This document shows, one piece after another, positions 57,401 to 64,000 of a DNA stretch of 64,000 bases; positions within the stretch are counted from its first letter, which is position 1; the number at the start of each line of letters is the position of its first letter. The notes below the pieces were generated by a model. That model was not told where the DNA came from and did no database searches. It saw nothing but the letters and a program-made list of their open reading frames with translations. Source of the DNA: Candidatus Latescibacterota bacterium (GTDB lineage: Bacteria; Latescibacterota; UBA2968); contig OZ242195.1 of assembly GCA_965205975.1 (NCBI GenBank), forward strand, positions 1,728,001 to 1,792,000, given 5' to 3'. The translations under genes and the position numbers were made by a program.

Positions 57401-59701
57401 TCAGGCCGAGCCGTTCCCACCGTTTTTATCCCACCAGGCTTCCAACACGCGCGGAGGCGACATGGGCAACTCTGTCAGACGCAGGCCAATAGCATCGTAA
57501 ATCGCATTGGCAACCGCTGCTGTAGGTGGCACAATCGGCACCTCTCCCACCCCGCGCACACCATAAGGATGCCCCGGATTGGGAACCTCGACAATATGCG
57601 CATCAATCATCGGCAAATCCAGACACGTTGGCATCCGATAATCCAGCAAGCTGCTATTCCGCAAAATGCCATCTTCATCGTACACATACTCTTCGTTGAG
57701 CGCCCAACCAATCGCCTGTGCCACGCCGCCCTGCATCTGCCCCTCCACATAAGGAGGATAAATCGCTTTCCCCGCATCCTGGAAAATCGACGCACGCAAA
57801 ATATCGACCTTGCCCGTATCGGGATCGACCTCCACATCCACAATCGCCACCGCATAAGCCCCCCCAACACCTGTGGGTTTTGCCGTGGCGCGCCCCATCA
57901 CTGGCCCGCCCGTTGAATCGAGCTTGGCCGCCAAATCCTTAAACGTAATCGACTTCGACGGATCGGACTTCGATTGGAACACCCCTTGATCGAACTCGAC
58001 ATCATCCTCAGAAATCTCCCAAAGGATCGCCGCACGCGCCATCATCTGCTCTTTGATATCCTGCGCGCATTTATAAGCCGCCCAACCCGTCGCAAATGTC
58101 GTGCGCGAACCACCCGTCACACCCGTATAACCAATCGAATCCGTATCGCCTACCTGCGGACGAATCTCCTGTTCTGAGATACCCAGCACCTCTGCCATCT
58201 GCATCGCAACCGACGTACGCGTGCCCCCAATATCTGTCGAACCTTCCACCAGATTAATCGTACCATCGTCATTCACACTCGCAGCTGCACTCGAAACACC
58301 GCCTCCATTGCCCCAGAAACCAGACGCCACGCCGCGACCGCGATATTTCCCATTGAGTGCCATCTGATAGTGGTCAGAAGAAGCCGCAGCGCGAACGCAT
58401 TCCTCGTGCCCAATGCGCTTATTCACGGGACCATCTGCGCGGCGCGTGCCTTCTTTTGCAGAATTGCTCAACCGAAATTCCAGCGGATCGACCCCCAATT
58501 TCTCTGCAAGCTCATCCACCACAGTTTCAACGGCAAAAGCCGCATTTGTCGTGCCCGGCGCACGATAAGCCGAAGAGGAAGGCTTGTTGTTCACAACATC
58601 ATAACCATCCACCAGAACATGCGGAATAACATAAGGGGCCAGCATATTGCGCGCGCCCGCGCCCACGGGACTGCCGGAAAAAGCCCCCGCCTCATAAACC
58701 AATTCACTCTCTGCTGCCACGAGCTTGCCATCATTGGTCGCGCCCATCTTCACCCGAATCCACGAACCCGACGTTGGACCAGTCGCCTGCAAGACCTCAG
58801 TGCGGCTCATAATCATTTTCACCGGATGCCCGGTCTTCCTCGACAACAGCGCGGCAATCGGTTCCAGATACGCTTTGATCTTGCCGCCAAATCCCCCGCC
58901 AATCTCCAGGGGCACAACCTTAATTTGCGACACGGGAATGCCCAAAATTCTCGCGGTCTGATCCCGCACGCCAAACGCGCCCTGATTGCTGCACCAGATC
59001 GTCACCACGCCATCGGCATTCCACAACACCGTGGCATTTTGCGGTTCGATATAGCCCTGATGCACCATATCCGTGAGAAACTCGCGCTCGACAATCACAT
59101 CGGCTTCGGCAAATCCCTGTTCGATATCGCCCAATTCCGTGCGAAAATGCGACGCCACATTGCTGAAATTCTCGCTCTGCTCGCCCATCGAACGGGTTCT
59201 CTGATCTTCATGCACCAGAGGGGCACCATCCTCCATCGCCTCCCGCACATCCAGAACATGGGGCAGCACCTCGTACTCTACCTCAATCAAATCCAGCGCT
59301 TCTTCGGCAATATGGACATTAGTCGCCGCCACCGCCGCCACGGGATACCCCTGATAGAGCACCTTTTCGCGTGCCAGTACTGCCGCACACATATCCTTAA
59401 CCCGCACCACCTCTTCGCCCAAATCGGCCAACTGCTCCTCGGCATTGAGCGCCAAATCCTGCCCCGTGACAATTGCGCGCACGCCTTCAAGTGCTTCGGC
59501 CTTACTCGTATCAATCGACTTAATCCGAGCATGCGCATGCGGGCTTCGCAAAACTCTGGCATGCAACATATCGGGCAAATTGAGATCCGTACCGTAAATC
59601 GCCCTGCCCGTCACCTTATCCGCGCCATCGTGCCTCACGGGCCGCGTCCCCACGACCTTGTAATCTGTAATGCCTAAATAATCTTCCTGTGGAATCGCCA
59701 T
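57401..59701 (-). CDS. Xanthine dehydrogenase family molybdopterin-binding subunit
   Basis: KVTGRA.Y, RSPHAHA, GGGFGGK, AYRAPG, EGQMQGG, RGVGE. Confidence 0.92.
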   Translation of the reverse strand: MAIPQEDYLGITDYKVVGTRPVRHDGADKVTGRAIYGTDLNLPDMLHARVLRSPHAHARIKSIDTSKAEALEGVRAIVTGQDLALNAEEQLADLGEEVVRVKDMCAAVLAREKVLYQGYPVAAVAATNVHIAEEALDLIEVEYEVLPHVLDVREAMEDGAPLVHEDQRTRSMGEQSENFSNVASHFRTELGDIEQGFAEADVIVEREFLTDMVHQGYIEPQNATVLWNADGVVTIWCSNQGAFGVRDQTARILGIPVSQIKVVPLEIGGGFGGKIKAYLEPIAALLSRKTGHPVKMIMSRTEVLQATGPTSGSWIRVKMGATNDGKLVAAESELVYEAGAFSGSPVGAGARNMLAPYVIPHVLVDGYDVVNNKPSSSAYRAPGTTNAAFAVETVVDELAEKLGVDPLEFRLSNSAKEGTRRADGPVNKRIGHEECVRAAASSDHYQMALNGKYRGRGVASGFWGNGGGVSSAAASVNDDGTINLVEGSTDIGGTRTSVAMQMAEVLGISEQEIRPQVGDTDSIGYTGVTGGSRTTFATGWAAYKCAQDIKEQMMARAAILWEISEDDVEFDQGVFQSKSDPSKSITFKDLAAKLDSTGGPVMGRATAKPTGVGGAYAVAIVDVEVDPDTGKVDILRASIFQDAGKAIYPPYVEGQMQGGVAQAIGWALNEEYVYDEDGILRNSSLLDYRMPTCLDLPMIDAHIVEVPNPGHPYGVRGVGEVPIVPPTAAVANAIYDAIGLRLTELPMSPPRVLEAWWDKNGGNGSA

Positions 59702-59783
59702 TTATTCCTCCTGTAATAATAAAATTGCGGTCCTGATCAACTATAAAAAATAATGCAGACCGCGCACCCTGTCCAGTCTTTAA

Positions 59784-60683
59784 TCATCCATCGCTGATCT
59801 TGATACCTGACAGAGTCTCAATAGTCTTTGTCACGGCTGAAAAATCGAGCGCGCCAGCACCCAGGCTACTGGCGGCCGCATACATTTGATAAGCCACAGC
59901 TCCCAGGGGCACGGGCACATTCATCGCGCGGCCCATCTCCACGCCGATACCGATATCCTTCTTCATCAAATCGAGCATAAACCCCGGCGCGTACTCATCC
60001 TTGAATACAAAATCTGCAACGCGCGCCTGAAAAGCCGACGAATCGCCCGAACTCACGCTAATCACCTGCCGCATCACCTCGGGATCAGCACCCGCTTTAA
60101 CACCGAGGGTAAGCCCCTCTGCAATCGCAGCCATGGTAATACCGCCGAGCAACTGATTCACAATTTTAACCGTTTGCCCCACCCCAACATCCCCCACATG
60201 AAAAATATTCTCGCTATTGCCCATCGCGTCAAAAATCCCCTGACAGCGATCAAAATCGGCTTTTGCCCCGCCCGCAATAATAGTCAGCGTACCGTTAATC
60301 GCCCCAATATCGCCACCACTCACCGGCGCATCCATCACGCGAACCCCTTTTTGCGATGCCTGTTCTGCCACACCCTGAATCGTCAGCGGCGAAATCGTAC
60401 TCATATCCACAATGAGATCGCCTTCCGACGCCCCGGCCAAAACCCCCTGATCGCCCAAAATAACCTCGCGCACCTCGGGATCAGCCGTCACAATCGTAAT
60501 AATAATATCCGCTATTTCGCCCACCGCCTGCGATGAAGGCGCAAAAGTCGCCCCCGCGCCCTCCATCTCCGCCACAATCTCGTCTCGCCGCGCGTAAAAT
60601 GTCACATCAAAACCGGCTTTCAACAGATTGTGGCACATAGGTTTGCCCATAATCCCCAGACCGACAAATCCAATCTTATCCAT
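59784..60683 (-). CDS. NAD(P)-dependent beta-hydroxyacid dehydrogenase (GarR/MmsB family)
   Basis: GFVGLGIMG, DMSTISP, DAPVSGG, KIVNQ, KD. Confidence 0.88.
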   Translation of the reverse strand: MDKIGFVGLGIMGKPMCHNLLKAGFDVTFYARRDEIVAEMEGAGATFAPSSQAVGEIADIIITIVTADPEVREVILGDQGVLAGASEGDLIVDMSTISPLTIQGVAEQASQKGVRVMDAPVSGGDIGAINGTLTIIAGGAKADFDRCQGIFDAMGNSENIFHVGDVGVGQTVKIVNQLLGGITMAAIAEGLTLGVKAGADPEVMRQVISVSSGDSSAFQARVADFVFKDEYAPGFMLDLMKKDIGIGVEMGRAMNVPVPLGAVAYQMYAAASSLGAGALDFSAVTKTIETLSGIKISDG

Positions 60684-60720
60684 CTCATCGCTCCTTCTCT
60701 GGTAAAACATCTATTTGTCT

Positions 60721-60749
60721 TTGACAACTGAAATGCTTCGATATAATAT
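60721..60749 (+). promoter_or_regulatory. Consensus sigma70 promoter for the FGGY kinase
   Basis: TTGACA-17 nt-TATAAT. Confidence 0.8.
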
Positions 60750-60788
60750 AACCCTAACCCGCCCTATCATCAGAAAAAAGAGCCAACC

Positions 60789-62357
60789 ATGAACACAAAA
60801 ACATCCTCCGACCCTTTACTCATCGGCATCGACGTTGGAACCACCAATATCAAAGCCCTGATCTTTGATCATCGAGGTCGCGAAATCGCACGCGCACAGG
60901 CCAAAACGCCCACACACCATCCACAGCCAGAATGGGCGTATTACAAACCCGATGAACTCTGGGAAACCGTATGCGGCGTCCTGAAAAATACTGTTGCACA
61001 AATCGACAATCCCGCCAACATCACTGGCATAGCCACCGCGAGCATCGGCGAAACAGGCGTCCCAATCGACAGGAGCGGAAATCCAACCGGTCAGGCAATT
61101 GCGTGGTTTGACCAGCGCACCCGCCCGCAATGCGAACAACTGCAAAAAACCTTTGATCGAGACAAACTCTTCTCGCTTACAGGGCTTCCACTACAACCCA
61201 TTTCCAGCCTGTGCAAAATCCTCTGGATACGCGAACATCAGCCCGAAGCCTTTGCGCGAACCGCCACCTGGCTCAACACTGCCGATTATATTGCTTTCCG
61301 ACTATCGGGCATACCCGCCACCGACTATTCCCTCGCCTCTCGCACCCTTGCTTTTGACCTCCACAGGCGTCAATGGGCAAATGATCTCCTCAGTGAAGTC
61401 CGTATTTCTCCAAATCTCTTCGCGCCACTTTGCAATGCAGGAACAAACCTGGGTCCCATCCTTCCCGACATCGCACGCGAAATCGGCTTGCCCCGACACA
61501 CGCGGATATGCGCTGGAGGACACGATCATATTTGCGGCGCACTTGCTGTTGGCGTTACAGAACCGGGAACAATGCTCAATTCTCTGGGCACCGCAGAAGC
61601 CATGTGCCTGCCCATTTCCCAGCCGCTTACAGACCCGCAAATAGGCCGCCAAAACTTCACCATAGGCGCGCACGTCGCACCCCACCAATATTACTTCCTC
61701 GGCGGATTATTCACAAGTGGTGCGAGCATCGAGTGGTTCCGCAGTTTATTTGGCGAAGGCGCAGACTATAACACCTTAATTTCCGAAGCGAGCGAATCGC
61801 CCCCCGGCAGCCTGGGTGTCGGCTTTCTTCCACAACTGCGCTTTACCAACCCGCCCCATGCAGAAGCCATAGCGCGCGGAACATTTATTGGCCTGACACC
61901 CGACGCCAACCGCGGCACGCTCTTTCGCGCAATCCTCGAAGGTCTATCTATGGAAATGCGCCATATTATCGACACGTCCAAATCTCATCCCGGTGTGCCC
62001 AAAACAAAAAATATCGTCGCAATCGGCGGTGGCATACGCAACCAACTCCTCATGCAAATCAAAGCCACCGTTTTGAACCAGCCCATCGCCCTGGCCGAAA
62101 TGGATGAAGCAACAGCTCTGGGTGCGGCAGTGCTCGCGGGATTGGACACAGGTGTTTACGCGGACGTCGCCGATGCCTTGCACACGCTCGACATCCCCAA
62201 GCAGACCATTTACCCCATACCCGATCAGGTCGCGCTCTACAACACAATTTACAACCGCGTACACAAACAAATTTATCCAGCAGTGCAAGACCTCCACCAA
62301 CAGATTGACCAGATCCAGATGGAAAACGAATCAACGAATAGACGAATCAACGAATAG
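60789..62357 (+). CDS. FGGY family carbohydrate kinase (xylulo/fuculo/rhamnulokinase-like)
   Basis: GIDVGTTNIK, AIAWFD.R, SLASRT, GGHDH, GTAE, RAILEG. Confidence 0.9.
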   Translation: MNTKTSSDPLLIGIDVGTTNIKALIFDHRGREIARAQAKTPTHHPQPEWAYYKPDELWETVCGVLKNTVAQIDNPANITGIATASIGETGVPIDRSGNPTGQAIAWFDQRTRPQCEQLQKTFDRDKLFSLTGLPLQPISSLCKILWIREHQPEAFARTATWLNTADYIAFRLSGIPATDYSLASRTLAFDLHRRQWANDLLSEVRISPNLFAPLCNAGTNLGPILPDIAREIGLPRHTRICAGGHDHICGALAVGVTEPGTMLNSLGTAEAMCLPISQPLTDPQIGRQNFTIGAHVAPHQYYFLGGLFTSGASIEWFRSLFGEGADYNTLISEASESPPGSLGVGFLPQLRFTNPPHAEAIARGTFIGLTPDANRGTLFRAILEGLSMEMRHIIDTSKSHPGVPKTKNIVAIGGGIRNQLLMQIKATVLNQPIALAEMDEATALGAAVLAGLDTGVYADVADALHTLDIPKQTIYPIPDQVALYNTIYNRVHKQIYPAVQDLHQQIDQIQMENESTNRRINE

Positions 62358-62406
62358 ACGGAGCGGGGTACAACTGCGCCAGCAGTTTATCAACGGAGTG
62401 GTGTAC
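62358..62406 (+). repeat. Interspersed palindromic repeat, family A (two heads)
   Basis: ACGGAGCGGGGTACAACTGCGCCAGCAGTTTATCAACGGAGTGGTGTAC. Confidence 0.7.
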
Positions 62407-62454
62407 CTGTCTGCCTCCATCACAGGCAGGCAACTGCACCGCCTCACCAGCCTT

Positions 62455-64000
62455 TCATCCGTGTTTATCTGTGTTCATCTGTGGTTGCTTTTTTTCCATA
62501 TTCCGAAATTGCAAATCGCACAACTCGCGATAAAGCCCACCCCGGGCAAACAACGCCCCATGCGTTCCACTCTGCACGATCTCTCCCTGATCCAGCACCA
62601 GAATGCAATCTGCATGTTGTACTGTTGACAACCGATGTGCAATAATAAACGTCGTGCGTCCCGCCATCAACCGTTCCAAAGCCTGTTGCACCTGTGCCTC
62701 TGAAGCCGAATCCAGCGATGAAGTGGCTTCATCCAACAACAAAATGCGCGCATCTCTCAGCAAAGCACGCGCAATCGCAACCCTCTGCCGCTGTCCCCCA
62801 CTCAATTTCACGCCCTTTTCCCCAACCAACGCACCGTACCCCTCCGGCAAATCCACAATAAAATCGTGGGCATTCGCATCTCGGGCTGCCTGCTCGACCT
62901 CATCGTCCGTCGCATCCAATCGCCCATATCGGATATTTTCGCCAATGGAAGTACCGAACAAATCCACATCCTGTGATACCAGCGCAATCTGTTCGCGCAG
63001 CGATACAATCTGCACATCGCGCACATCCACGCCATCCACGCGCACAATCCCAGAAGTCGCATCGTAAAATCTCGGAATCAGATTCATCAGCGTCGTCTTT
63101 CCCGCGCCACTCACCCCCACAAGTGCTATCGTCTGCCCTGGCAAGGTCTCAAATGAAATCCCTTTGAGCACCGGGCGGTCGGGCTGGTATCCAAACCAAA
63201 CATCTTCAAACGCCACAGCACCGCGAACATCTGCAAGCGGAAACGCACTATCACTATCGGCAATCTCCGGTCGCGTATCGAGCAACTCAAAAATGTGTTC
63301 TGACGCACCCACCGCAGAATTTAAAGACGCATAAAGACGCGAAATCCCCATCACAGACCGGGAAATATTCATCGCGTAAAAGATAAACGCCACCAGATCG
63401 CCCGCCGACAAGCGCCCGGCCAGCACCTCTGTGCCCCCATACCAGAAAATCACCACCAGCGCCAGCATAAAAAGAAACGCGATACAAGCCGAAAAAACCG
63501 CTTCCATAATTACGCGATAGCGCGATGTGCGAAACAAATCTTCGTTTGCTTCGCCATATCGCTTCACCTCAAAAACTTCGCGTGCAAACGCCTTGACAAC
63601 CCGCACAGCCGACAGGGCTTCTTCGGCAATCGCCGTCGTATCGCCCAGCCGATCCTGAACCGTGCGAGACAACTCGCGGATGCGCTGTCCAAAATAGCGC
63701 GCCCCAACAGCGGCAACCGGCGCAGCAGCAAACACCACCAGACTCAATCGCCAATTGAGAGCAACCATAGCCGCCACAGAGCCGACAGTCATAATCCCCG
63801 TCATCAAAACCTGCGAAATAGCCCCCGTCGCGGCATTTCTGATGGCCCCCACATCATTGGTTAGACGCGACATGAGTTCGCCCAACCTGTGATCGGCATA
63901 AAAGCGAAGTCCCAAAAGGTGCAAATGCGCGTAAACCTTCTTTCGCAGATCCGTCACCACGCGCTCACCCACCCAGGAAATCCAGTAATGGCTGCCCACA
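62455..64000 (-). CDS. MsbA-like ABC exporter (TMD+NBD), 5'-truncated by the window edge
   Basis: GVSGAGKT, LSGGQRQR, LLLDEATS, IAHRLST. Confidence 0.92.
   Translation of the reverse strand, partial: VGSHYWISWVGERVVTDLRKKVYAHLHLLGLRFYADHRLGELMSRLTNDVGAIRNAATGAISQVLMTGIMTVGSVAAMVALNWRLSLVVFAAAPVAAVGARYFGQRIRELSRTVQDRLGDTTAIAEEALSAVRVVKAFAREVFEVKRYGEANEDLFRTSRYRVIMEAVFSACIAFLFMLALVVIFWYGGTEVLAGRLSAGDLVAFIFYAMNISRSVMGISRLYASLNSAVGASEHIFELLDTRPEIADSDSAFPLADVRGAVAFEDVWFGYQPDRPVLKGISFETLPGQTIALVGVSGAGKTTLMNLIPRFYDATSGIVRVDGVDVRDVQIVSLREQIALVSQDVDLFGTSIGENIRYGRLDATDDEVEQAARDANAHDFIVDLPEGYGALVGEKGVKLSGGQRQRVAIARALLRDARILLLDEATSSLDSASEAQVQQALERLMAGRTTFIIAHRLSTVQHADCILVLDQGEIVQSGTHGALFARGGLYRELCDLQFRNMEKKQPQMNTDKHG

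Noticed and set aside
58370..59677. 435-aa + strand ORF
   Set aside because: Antisense shadow of the XDH subunit, with no recognisable motifs. The same applies to the many other antisense ORFs in the track.
57401..59701. Aerobic CO dehydrogenase CoxL
   Set aside because: Active-site loop is AYRAPG, not AYxCSFR; no coxM/coxS adjacent

Overview
A gene-dense 64 kb bacterial window, read by eye with no database searches. The WD40/dockerin-like secreted protein, abundant toxin-antitoxin (TA) remnants, sulfatase and microcompartment suggest an uncultured marine or sponge-associated lineage such as Latescibacterota (inference). In order: (1) a plant-like threonine synthase and cystathionine gamma-synthase pair, separated by a sigma70 promoter, a SAM-II riboswitch and tandem terminators; (2) an accessory island at ~4.1-15.2 kb with stacked intact and broken TA modules, an SF2 helicase plus putative nuclease, a WD40 metalloprotease and an Abi-C-like fragment; (3) a GldG/DUF4340/batABCDE operon; (4) a PVM-like bacterial microcompartment (BMC) locus (PduL, 2 BMC-H, 3 BMC-P, aldehyde dehydrogenase, class II aldolase) linked to a sulfatase, an internally deleted MFS, acetate kinase and an enolase-family dehydratase, and interrupted by TA genes; (5) a surface-glycan cluster including a WecA-like/methyltransferase fusion; (6) a sigma54-driven COG3014/LpoB-like lipoprotein operon; (7) ROK, GGT, ArgE-like peptidase, a standalone HNH, duplicated coiled-coil membrane genes around MoaD, a molybdo-hydroxylase large subunit, a GarR-like dehydrogenase, an FGGY kinase and a partial ABC exporter. 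No rRNA, tRNA, CRISPR array or transposase was recognised.
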